A stretch of DNA of 64,000 nucleotides from Chrysomallon squamiferum (lineage: Eukaryota > Animalia > Mollusca), in the NCBI GenBank assembly GCA_012295275.1, contig CM022670.1, forward strand, positions 4,092,001 to 4,156,000, given 5' to 3'. The notes beneath the pieces were generated by a model. It did not search any database. It saw only the letters and a list, made by a program, of their open reading frames with translations, and was not told the origin of the DNA. Both the position numbers and the translations under genes were made by a program. Shown piece after piece: positions 24,738-35,291 of the stretch (position 1 is the first letter of the stretch; every line of letters begins with the position of its first letter).

Positions 24738-27067
24738 TACATACAAATTGCTTTCATACATTTGGAATACATACAAATGATTCTTTCATTTGTTGTTAAT
24801 CATTACCCTTTTTTTTTGTAATAAATTTACTCATTAAAATATATCATTTCACACATGCAAAAAGTTAAAAATACCTGACAGACTAAAATTTGAACTTCCC
24901 CAGTTAGTATAATCTCCAAACAAAAAAAGACTGTTTTCAGACCTTACAATAAAGTGTGGTTATAAAACAAACGAAGAGTATGTCTTTAAAATGACCTTTT
25001 TCTGTGGTGACTGTCTTTGTGACTGTCCTTGTGACGGTGGAGAACTTGGGTGGAGGTGGTCTGCCTGCAGGTCTGGAAGGAGGCTGTTTAGTCTGCTCTT
25101 TGTCACAGGTGGACTGGTTTTCTTCAGATGAAATCGAAACTTCTTCTTCTGATTTAGGGATCTGTTTTTCAGTGGAAGACTTCTGTTCTGCATTATCAGA
25201 AGGTGACTTTCTCATTCTTGGAAGAGGGACATTAGACGGTCTTGTAGGGCCTTGGTTTTTGACTGTACCAGGCACCAAGTCATCAATCTCGGTGTATATT
25301 ACTGTATCATTTGTTCTCAGCTCCTGAGATTTATCAGATTGATTGTTGTCTTCAGCAGACTGATTAAAAATAGCTGCTGTTTGTGACACTGGTCTCCTGG
25401 CTGGCACTGGTGGCTCAGGTTTACTCTTTCCAGAAACATCACAACTCCTGCCTGTCTGCTTGATGTCATCCAGTTTTCCTGACATCTCAGATTTATGCAT
25501 AGTTTCTGCTTTCAAGGCTTGATCGGTGAAAGTAGAAGTTTGTGAAATTGGTCGTTTAGCAGGTAAAGGAGGACCACCTCTACTGTCATCTGAACCATCA
25601 GCAGCTGGAGTATTACTCTGTCCGTTTGTGGAGTTAACATCACTGTTATCATTCTGGGACACTCTTGCTGGCTTTGGTGGAGGTCTGATAATAGTTGGTC
25701 TTTTGACAACAATTTTTTCTGAGAACATCAAACTGCTGTTTCCCTTTTCATAGTCTTCTATCTCAGCATCCTTTCCAGTACCTCCAGCACCAGTATCCTT
25801 CTTTATACTGCAAATGTCCCTGTTGGAGTCATTTGATTCACTATCTTTTCTTGAAACCATGGAACCAAATTCAGTTTTTCTAATGTTTTGAACACCATTC
25901 CTTCTAGTGTTTTTTGGACTGGGTCCCAGTGAATCAAAATCTTTAATTTTATCTGCCCACGAGTCCTGTTTTTGAGGTTTGGAGGCAGGTTTGGGCTTTG
26001 GGAGAGGTTTTGGCTTGGCTGCTAGAGGTGGAGGACATGTTTCTGATGATCTGTTCTTACTTGCTTTATTCTGTGAGCCTGTGTCTTCAGAATGTTCATT
26101 TTCAGTCTTCCTCACAACAGTAGATCTGAGTTTCACTTTAAAAGGCAAGTCATGATTATCACCAGGTGATCCATCTGTAGATGTTTCACAGCTAACTTTT
26201 TCTTCTCTTGGTGATATCTTAGGCTTGGATACAGATGGTGGTCTGTTTTTGTTTATGACAGCATAAAGTGGCTCATTGGAATCACTGTTATCACTGACTG
26301 TATTTGAACTATCCTGATCACTGACATGTGGTCTGACTAGAGGCCTCAGTGGAACCAGAAAGGGCACCACCATCTTGAACACAATCTTCTCCATCTCCTG
26401 CAGCTGAAGCTTGAGTTCCAGAAGATTCAGTAATCCTCTGTGGCCTCTTTGGTCTGATAATCGTTGGTCTGGATGGCCTGGGAGGCTGCTTTCTGTCTTC
26501 ATCAGGTCCTTTTCTCCAACGAATCTTCAAAGTCAATTAACAAAGGTTCTGATGGTGTGATAGCTGATCTTGGAGGACGAACTGGAGGTGTTATTTTGCT
26601 ATCTGTTCCATTATCAGGGGATTTTTTAGCCTGGATTCCTGAAGAAAATTCAACAGCATCACTCCCCAAGCTTTTAGGTCTGCTAGGTCTCGGTGGTCTG
26701 AGACTAGATGAATCATGAGAAGGCACACTTGGTTGTGAAGGCACCTGGGGTGGAATGTTATCTTCATTAGCTGCAGTCCTTGTTCCTGGTTGACCCATGG
26801 AAACTACAAAAAGCAATAGCGAAATAATATTGTGTAATCTGATCAACAATGCTATATTAAGTGTGGGGAAAAAAATAGAAACATAAGAACATTTACTGAT
26901 ACATCAAAAGTAAGGACTGATATATATATATATGTATGTATATATTGAAAAATATTTGTTAAATTATCAGTTCAACAAATATATATAAGTAAGAATAATA
27001 AATAAAAATAAAAAATTTAAAAGAATTTAAAAGAATTTAAAAGAAAATAAATTTAAAAAAATAATAA

Positions 27068-27105
<38 letters not shown>

Positions 27106-28818
27106 CAACAACCACAATAAAACAAATAAAAATTCCACAGATTTAAATATTACATTTTCTTCATACTTAATTTAAAAACAATCATAGTTAACATAACTTT
27201 TACAATCAGGAAGAAAAAACCAGCTAAAATTCTAAAACAGGGGAAGATAAATACATTTATAAAATGCTGAAAAGAACAAAAAACATAAATTAATGGAGTG
27301 ATTTATTTTTTACATGAAGAAAAAGATTTCAGAAAACAGATCATACATACATACATATATATAATATATAAAACATACCTGGTCTAGGTGGACGTTCTCG
27401 CATGGTGGGGATGTCTGGGGGTTTCGTTGTTGGGGGTGGGGTATGATGCTCAGTTTTAGTTGTTTGTATCTCATTTCGAAAACCTACTTGACTCATGGGT
27501 CGAGCTCCGACTATAGTAATTTCTGGTCGTCTGTTTGAATTTGAAAAAAAAGAAAAAAAAAAAGATCGTTTTTACAAGCAGAAAAATATATGTTAAAGGA
27601 ATTTTCAGTTAATGTTTCAATTTTAAAAATAAAGAAATAAATAAATAAGTAAATATTTTATGTGCAAATGTAATATTTTAAAACCCTTTTTTTACAGTTA
27701 TACAGTATTTCATTACAGATAATTCTGTCTAGTATTTTTTGGACTGGATACTAATGAATCAAAATTTTTAATTTTTCTCTGCTCATAAGTCCTGTTTTTG
27801 AGGTTTGGGCGAGGTTTGGGCTTGGCTGCCAGAGGAGAAGGACAAGTTTCTGATGAGTCTCCTGAAATTACTCACAATGATCTGCAATACTGTGACAGTT
27901 TCTGAAAATTATTTAATTCTCTAAAGCTACTGTTTACTTTGTCTTGGAATGAAATTAAACTTTTTATATAATTCATAGCTGATACAACTGTTATGGAAAA
28001 GAACATCCATAGAATAATATAATAAAAGATAAATCAGAAAATGGAGAATTTATGAAGACTGAGAAATCTTACTTTTTAACAGACGCTCCTCCTCTCTGTA
28101 TGGTAGTACTGCTTCCTGTTTGGGGTATTGTTCGTCTTGGCACTGTATCTCCATCTTATTCAAAAGTATTATACATTCTATTTATTATTTTACATTAATA
28201 ATAATAATATATAATACATAAAACAAATATACATACACAAACATACACAAACATACACACACACACAAACACACATAGTAAAATAAATAATTAGAATAAA
28301 TAAAATATGTGATTATTGTTATTTTATATGTTGATATTCTGTTGTTAGGTAAAATTCAATAATCATACATTTAAGGAAAATCTCTCCATATGCAAAGATA
28401 TCCAAATTAATATATATTTTAATAAAATGATCTACTTTCGTTCATTTAATTACATTATTATTAACATATTGCTAGTTAACATACGAAAAAATAAAAATTA
28501 AAATACTTACCACCATCTGCTTCTAAATGTGCTGGTTTCTTCACTTGGGGCGGGGCAGGGCGAGAATGTTGGGGTGGTGCTGGTCGAGTAGGAGGGGGTC
28601 TTGGAGTGGCAGCTGCACCACCATCTGCGTCTGCTATTATTTATAAATAAATAATCAGATTTATAATATTTTCAGTGATGACTGATCATTAATAATGTGC
28701 TTATAAGTTATAATAAGATATAAACTGAATACGTCTTTTAACATGAAAATGTATTAGAACTGTCCAAATTTCTTTGTGTTTTCTTTGATATATTATCATG
28801 TCTATTTTAGACAGTAGG

Positions 28819-28898
<80 letters not shown>

Positions 28899-29208
28899 TT
28901 TTTTCTAAAAATCCAAAAGCAATTACTGGTACAAAACCAAACAGAAATGTATGATCATATACTATCTTACTGAATAATGAGTAGAATAAATATTAATTAA
29001 ATATTACAGCTGAATACAAATGATACATCAGGCACATTCGACTATTTTCAGTTCGATATTTTATTAAATACAGATATTATAATTAATGACAAAGCTTAAA
29101 ATAGTAATTGTTGTAGATTAGTACTGAACCTGACACCATCTGAGGTCTGATTATAGTTGGCCTTTTCGGAGGAAGTGGTGCCCCACCTCTTCCAATTGCT
29201 TCAGTCAT
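17599..29208 (-). CDS. SH3D19: SH3 domain-containing protein 19-like adaptor: long Pro-rich N-terminus plus five SH3 domains, 14 exons
   Basis: Exons (high-low): 29208-29130, 28630-28511, 28154-28073, 27530-27379, 26803-24996, 24560-24488, 21489-21428, 20953-20838, 20502-20380, 19945-19598, 19270-19109, 18814-18589, 18253-18084, 17712-17599. Phases are consistent apart from two indels in exon 5. RPEITIV and LPTRPGPGHPLY..PHGIA match recalled SH3D19 motifs, and five SH3 signatures (A.FDF.G...EL.F..GD..W..G..G.FP..FV) are present. Confidence 0.88.
18084..18253 (-). CDS. SH3D19: SH3D19 exon 13, start of SH3 #5
   Basis: ..GRALFDFEGERSEELTFK. Confidence 0.9.
18589..18814 (-). CDS. SH3D19: SH3D19 exon 12, SH3 #4
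   Basis: ATALHDFEGEQEGDLSFQEGDRIELLEHVGKDWYKGRVRGNVGIFPATF. Confidence 0.93.
19109..19270 (-). CDS. SH3D19: SH3D19 exon 11, end of SH3 #3
   Basis: AGDTIKLLGRFDSEWLIGETNTREGKFPASLV. Confidence 0.9.
19598..19945 (-). CDS. SH3D19: SH3D19 exon 10, SH3 #2 and start of #3
   Basis: PRCIARFDFEGEGKEDLSF..WMRGELNGKEGIFPIAFV. Confidence 0.93.
20380..20502 (-). CDS. SH3D19: SH3D19 exon 9, end of SH3 #1
   Basis: SGETVLLVRRVDANWLVG..GIFPAEFV. Confidence 0.92.
20838..20953 (-). CDS. SH3D19: SH3D19 exon 8, start of SH3 #1
   Basis: ELPTRPGPGHPLYHYMMNEPHGIAQFDYTASHNDEISFT. Confidence 0.92.
21428..21489 (-). CDS. SH3D19: SH3D19 exon 7 (SNRGRPSPPKASEVKETLQVP)
   Basis: ttgtAG acceptor and AG|GTCAGT donor; phase 2 to 1. 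Confidence 0.82.
21819..24500. repeat. 44-bp minisatellite, about 61 near-identical copies, in SH3D19 intron 6 and overlapping the exon end
   Basis: Unit GTT(T/A)AGAATCTAGTGTGTGAAGT(G/T)ACACTTGGTTTACCTTGCTG; TGACAC recurs at 21841/21885 and 24341/24385; copy number is span divided by period. Confidence 0.98.
24488..24560 (-). CDS. SH3D19: SH3D19 exon 6 (ESTKPGRPSSGPPRPTAPPSPKPA)
   Basis: catAG acceptor, AAG|GTAAAC donor that seeds the 44-bp array. Confidence 0.87.
24996..26803 (-). CDS. SH3D19: SH3D19 exon 5, 1.8-kb disordered Pro/Ser-rich exon with two apparent frameshifts
   Basis: tttgtAG acceptor, AG|GTCATT donor; ORFs 26502-26849, 26318-26536 and 24937-26502 tile it in three frames. Confidence 0.8.
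27379..27530 (-). CDS. SH3D19: SH3D19 exon 4 (KRPEITIVGARPMS..)
   Basis: acAG acceptor and AG|GTATGT donor. Confidence 0.85.
27722..27861 (-). pseudogene. Diverged intronic copy of part of SH3D19 exon 5 (source about 25900-26050)
   Basis: Translates DSSETCPSPLAAKPKP..KIKNFDSLVSSPKNTR versus exon SSETCPPPLAAKPKP..KIKDFDSLGPSPKNTR. Confidence 0.85.
28073..28154 (-). CDS. SH3D19: SH3D19 exon 3
   Basis: AAG acceptor, GTAAGA donor; supplies the phase 1 to 2 change that exon 4 needs. Confidence 0.75.
28511..28630 (-). CDS. SH3D19: SH3D19 exon 2, Pro-rich (PRPPPTRPAPPQHSRPAPP)
   Basis: TAGCAG acceptor, G|GTAAGT donor, 120 nt. Confidence 0.85.
28821..28897. repeat. (TAA)n followed by poly(A)
   Basis: Direct reading; similar (TAA/TTA)n tracts occur near 10320, 27070, 36655, 52820 and 53490. 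Confidence 0.93.
29130..29208 (-). CDS. SH3D19: SH3D19 exon 1 (MTEAIGRGGAPLPPKRPTIIRPQMVS)
   Basis: ATG at 29208, donor AG|GTTCAG; carries the RPTIIRP motif seen later in the protein. Confidence 0.75.
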
Positions 29209-29475
29209 ATCGGTATTTTTCTTTAAAGATTATATTCAGGTGACAACAGCTACATTGGAATATATATAAGCAATATCTGCTGCCCTTTATAGCTTTTCTT
29301 TCGGATATATGTCAACTGAAATTACAACAAACTTTCAGCTTCATTATTTATAAATGAAGTATGCGTTTATAGAGTTAATATTCTGCGAGACTTAATGAGA
29401 GTAATCTCCCTTGTAGGAAATACTCACCGGACGTTATTTGGTAGAAAGAAAATATCAATCTGTGAATATGTAAAG
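29209..29475. promoter_or_regulatory. Putative bidirectional promoter and HERC2 non-coding first exon
   Basis: Divergent gene starts; local rise in CpG; candidate donor AAG|GTGCGT at 29475/29476; the first HERC2 coding exon has an acceptor at 31109, so an upstream exon must exist. Confidence 0.55.
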
Positions 29476-31142
29476 GTGCGTTTGTTATCATGTTGTTTCG
29501 TTTCTACCGAGGTTTTGCATTTGTGTTTTTATTGTAAAGAATATGTTCAATTTAGGTGCAGTTTAGTATTGCTGACACTTTCATTACGTTTTTAATTAAT
29601 GCATTTTTTAAAATACATTTTTCCCCGACTCCTAAAATTGGCTAAAGCATTTGTCGCGTTATCGTTTATCATGATTCCGGTAATTGGCTTATAATCGATC
29701 GAATATTTGACATTATGTTCCTTCTACAGTCTAATTTGTTTTTATTTATCAAAATTGTAAAATTTAGAATTATTTATATTTTTAAGAGTTCGATGCCTGT
29801 TTGTATATTTAAAACAGCTTTTGTGGATTTGATTATTAATAAATTAAAAATAAAAACGAAGTAAATATATGTACTTCGAATTTATGATATACATTGTTAA
29901 ATTCATGGTTAATTGAGATAAAATTTATTTTGGAATCAAAAGTGTCCAGAACATTTGGTAATTCAGCAGTTTGGATTTGAGCCTTGTTTTTGTTTTTATT
30001 GCTGGTGCAAATATAAAAAAGGTTTTGAATATATATAAGTATATAAGCCCACTTTTACTTTCAATTTGTCCAGTGTTGACACAGGCAGCTGTGTTATTGC
30101 CTCGACCAGTAGACATTTAATTTTTTTTTAATTTTTATCAAAACTAGTCTAGTGAGTAGTGCTGATTTATGTTAATAAAAGTACATGTATTTTATTGTAT
30201 TTTATTTCATGAACAAAACTGATCATTGTCAGTTGTGACAAGCAGAAGTGGGTTTGTCACATTTTTCCTGACTTTGTTATATTTGCAGTAGCAACAAAAT
30301 AAATATTGAGTAAAGCCTTGGCTAACAAGCAATAGATTAGAATATTTTTTTTTTTTTTTTTTTTTTTATGTGTAAATAAGGTATGTTATTCATGATTTTT
30401 ACTTGTGGAAATAAAGGATTATTTAATAATTATGCCAATCTTTATTATTACCATTTCTTGCGTTTATCAAGATACTGACTGGGAATTCTGAAAGATTTTA
30501 AGAATGTTTGTTGCTGATTTATAAAAAGCTAAGAGTGGGAAAGACTGTGGATTTTTAACTGAAACCATCATACCACTGACATTTTGTCCTGTTAATGTTA
30601 TTTAAAAAAGTCCAAAACACAGAATATCTAAATTATTCCATCTAATATTACCTTTGGCATTTTCATAACCTAAAATTTAATAGCTAAATATTGATGAGAC
30701 ATTTTGTTTTTTCATCATACTCCAAATTTTGCTATCATTTTAAAAACATTTAAAAAATATATATTTTGCATCCTAAGAGTACAATACTTGTTATTAATGT
30801 TCATCTTTTATTTATTTATTTTTTAAAATATTTTTTTCTGTTAAATTAATTGTATAGTGTTCTGAGCTGTGAAAGAAATGAAAAGAAAAAATATAGCATT
30901 TCCCATTAGAATTCATTTCTCAATGCATAGACAAAAGTAAAGATAAATATATGTGTGTGAATATTTATTAAATGCTACCTTATTATTTCTATTACTATTA
31001 TTATCATCATCGTCAACATCATCATTGATGATGGTAATCTATTGTAGATTTGTTTATATTTATTATTGTGGTAATTTTTTATTTATTTTATTTTTTGTTT
31101 TTGATTCAGACCCATGGTATATAGAAAAAAACATTTACAAGT

Positions 31143-31223
31143 ATGAGTGGTAGCTGGATATCAGAGGCTCGCCTCTGGCCCCAGTTAAGACTTGATGCCA
31201 AATGGCTGAAAACAGACATTCAG
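31143..31223 (+). CDS. HERC2: HERC2 first coding exon (exon begins at 31110)
   Basis: [27 protein letters not shown], donor CAG|GTAAAA. Confidence 0.9.
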
Positions 31224-34200
31224 GTAAAATAACCTTACTATTATTATCATCATCATCATCATCATCATTATTATTATTATTATTATTATTATCATTATTA
31301 TGCATTTAATATTGAGTGATTTTCTTCTTCTTTTTTTTCTTTTTTTTTTTAAATTTCTATTGACATTACATTCATCATATATTTGTTACATGATTTGTAA
31401 CATTTCATATGGAAACGATAAAATGAATCATTTGGTCTGTTCTGTTGCAGAAGTAAAATATTATAGCAAATTATCAACACATCAGTCTTTTCATATTTAA
31501 TATACAGGTGTGTAACATTTTAAGTTTAGGCTGAAATATGTTTTTTAGCATTTGTATTGGAAACATGCTAAATACTGTGTTGGTTTGTGGCTGTTTCTGG
31601 TGATAATTCCATAATCAGAAGCAAAAAATAATTCAAAATTATCAGTGCACATGTTGTCTTTGTTGATTATTTCAAACTGGTGTGTGCTTCCTTATAAAAG
31701 AAAAATAATATATTCTCCAGCGTAATAATAATAATACCAGCTTTCTTGTAAAGCCTACAAAAATACATTTTTTGTCTTGGTGTATCTATAATAATTCTTT
31801 AATAATATATAAGAATAACATTTATAACCATTATTTAAAAAAATATATTATTATTTGAATTTTGATTTTAATTTTAACTTTTATATTTAGGATATATAAG
31901 TAAAATTTTAAAACATTCTAATAGACATTTTGTCAGTGAAGTATTGGTTATTTGGGTTTTAGCCATGGGTCACTAAATTTTAAAGATAATTTCTTCTATC
32001 CTTTCACTGAAATGAGTTGTTAGAAATGTTGCTGTAATTATCTTCTTGGAAAGAAAAACAACAACATATACCTAAAATAATAATGCCAGATTTCAGATAG
32101 TTTCATAATTACTATGCTGTAAAACTCTTCATTAAATAAACCTTTTGGTTAGGTCCCTTGATAAGACAAATTATAATAATAATAATAATTTAAAAAAAAA
32201 CCCAACAACTTGTTTGTTGATTTGAATATAATGTTTTAGAAATTGGACTCATTTTTTTTTAATTTATATTTAAATTATCATTTTGTTTGCATTCTTATTG
32301 TAAACATTCCTTATTATTCTACTATCAAACTGCTAACTTAAAAAATTATACTACTTCAGGACTAAGTTGTTACAACAGTATTTAGAAATAAAATATTGTC
32401 TTTTTTTCTTTTCATAATTGTATAAACAGACTTTATACTTACATATAAATACACAGCCATACGTACTCATGCAGACAAATTATTGATGTAGCTTTTGAAC
32501 TGCTTCACAAACATTCTCACATTCAGTTAAAAAGTTAGCATAAAACATTTAATTTTATTGGGTTTTTTTTAAATTTTATTGTTGGTGCAAAAATCCCAGA
32601 AAGACTGAAGATACAGCTATTTTTGTGTAAAGTATCTTAATGATTTATTAATTAATTTTATATTTCTGTTTCCAAAAAGATACACAGTAAAAGAGCAAAC
32701 CTCAGCTTCACAAACACTTTATTTTATATGCAGCTATATTTTGTTAACACAAAATTGTTATTAATAAAGAAAACAGTTAGTTGCCTGATGCAAATTGAAA
32801 AAGACAGATTCATTAACAAAAACCTAAACAGGATGTTTGGAAAATTCAATTTCAGTATTGGATGGTTTTCTTAACCACTCGCATAATGTAATTTTTCTGA
32901 TTTTTAGTTGAGATATTTCTGCAAAATTTTTATGAGTTCTGTGGTTTAATGAAAGATAAAAAAAAAAAAAAAAAAAAAAAATATGTCTTAAAAGTAAATA
33001 CTGATATATATGTTTAACATAATTTCACCAGTTTTAAAATTCTCTTATGTACTGATATATTGTTTTATAAATAAAGATGGAAACATCAGTATGCCATCAG
33101 TCATATACAAATTTACAAGTAAGTATGCATACACAGAAACAGTATAACAGAAATCTATGTATTTAAGTCTTTGACAGATGCAGTACATAAGTCAATACAG
33201 CTTGTAGATAATCTATGACATTCTCAGATTTGTAAATGCTTAATAGCAGAATTGTACAGTCTGGAACCCCCCAGTCAGTTTATATATATATTTTTTTTCA
33301 CCTGTTGAATTTAATACATATATGATTTAGTTCAAAATAGTTTATTCAGATGTGCAATAAAAAAAAAAAGTCTTATAGGGGTAAGTACCATAGTGTTAAT
33401 AGTAAAACAGAGAAGACTTTTTGTTTAAAACTGTTACGTTTGTTTCATATATCAGTCATTAAAGCAGCAACCACACCTACATGTTTGTAAACACAGACGT
33501 GGTTATTAATTGAGTGTACCTATTTACAAATATAATAAAGACCTACACACGTTTGGTTATTGGACAGATCTCAACTCTCAGGGGAGAAATAAAGGCATTT
33601 ATCATCGCATGTTTGCTACTTGTAGTATTACTTTCCCCAACCAATTAAAATTCTGTGTGCTTTTCTTCTTGGTGAATGAAAACATCGCATCTCATCCAAA
33701 AATAGCTGACTTTACTTATCACCTGATTCCCACATCACAGTCCAGGCTTTGTATCGCTGTTGCTTACTCAGTCTGCTGTTGTAGAGCTTGCAGTCTGCTT
33801 AACTATTAATAAACTAGGCATGCATAGGAAGGAATACCAAACAATGTGATAAGGTATGTTGTTGTTTTGTAACATACAAATGCATTTTTTATTTATTGAG
33901 TGTTAAAAGGTAATGCAGTAGTTTCAAAAACGGGTATGATATTTCATGATAAAGTTGTTGTCTGGCCTACATAGATTTGGTGTTTTTCCACTAGGAATTT
34001 AAACACAATGTGATTAATATTAACTTTTTATTTATTGGTTACATATCTGTTAATATAAGATGCTAAAAGGTAACAAAATTGTTTTATAACAAGTACAATA
34101 TTTTTACGACAGAGTTGTCTTCAGGACTATATAGACAGAGTGGTTAATAGTAACTTCTTATTTATTTTAATATAACATATTTATTGGTAATGTTTTCAAA

Positions 34201-35248
34201 ATTAGCTATTTTTATGACAAAATTTTCTTCAGGCCTACTTAAAAAATGATATACAGAGCATAATTAGTAGTAACTTCTTTTTTAATATTTATTTATTTAT
34301 TTATTTATTTTTTATTATTATTATTATTAGTATTAGTATTAAATATTTATTTCTTTATATAAGATGGCAAAAGGTATCTGTTTTCAACACAGGTATTTTT
34401 ATGATAGCATTGACTCTTGAACTAGTTAGAATCAGTTTGTTTTTGCTAAATATATCTAGAAGATGACAGGTGCAGAGTGATTAATAATAACTTCTTTTTT
34501 TAATTTTTTTATTAAATACACATTTTTTAGTTTTAATATAAAACGTTAAATGATAATAATGCATTTTCAAATAAAGATACTTTTATCTTCAGTTTTGTCA
34601 GTAATTTGTACAATATGTGTATATATATATATATATAGGCTATTGTGTTTTTTGTATTTGAAAACTTAAAACTTTGAAGATAAATGATCTGTCTGTTCAG
34701 CAGCATGTTTCAGTATACATGGATAGAGTCATGAAAATAATTTTCTTGCTAAAGTAGCAAAATATTATTGTATAATTACTGCATTTGTATTTTGGAATAA
34801 AAAATGAAATAAAGAAATAATATGTAAGTCTATTTAATGTTCATTTTAAAAAATACAAGCCCCTAATTTTTTATGTATTTGCATGTGTGTGTGTGTAAAA
34901 AAGTAAGTGCATGCAAGTATGTGTAAAGGCACACATAAATAATGTTATCCTTGATTAATTCAAATAATTTATGTGGGCCAATTCCTGAATTGTAAAACTA
35001 AATGGGTTTTTTTTTGTGTGTGTGTAGGCTCCCTTGCCAGCAGTTTCTGCACTGGGTTATCAGTCATCTGTCATCAGTTTTATATCTAACACATGTACAG
35101 TGTTTAAAAATAAAATAAAAAGTGTTTTATTATTTTATTTTAGTAATACAAGTCTTAACATTTTAAAACTTAAACTGATCAATAATATATCAGAAACATG
35201 AAATTAATATAATTATTATATTAAATTTAGGATTATTTGTATTTGTAT

Positions 35249-35291
<43 letters not shown>

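Noticed and set aside
24937-26502. Stand-alone 521-aa gene
   Set aside because: It is most of SH3D19 exon 5. Its first ~55 residues are probably off-frame and its tail runs past the donor at 24996.
29381-29390. TTCTGCGAGA as a BANP-type TCTCGCGAGA promoter motif
   Set aside because: Lacks the CGCG core, so the match is imperfect.
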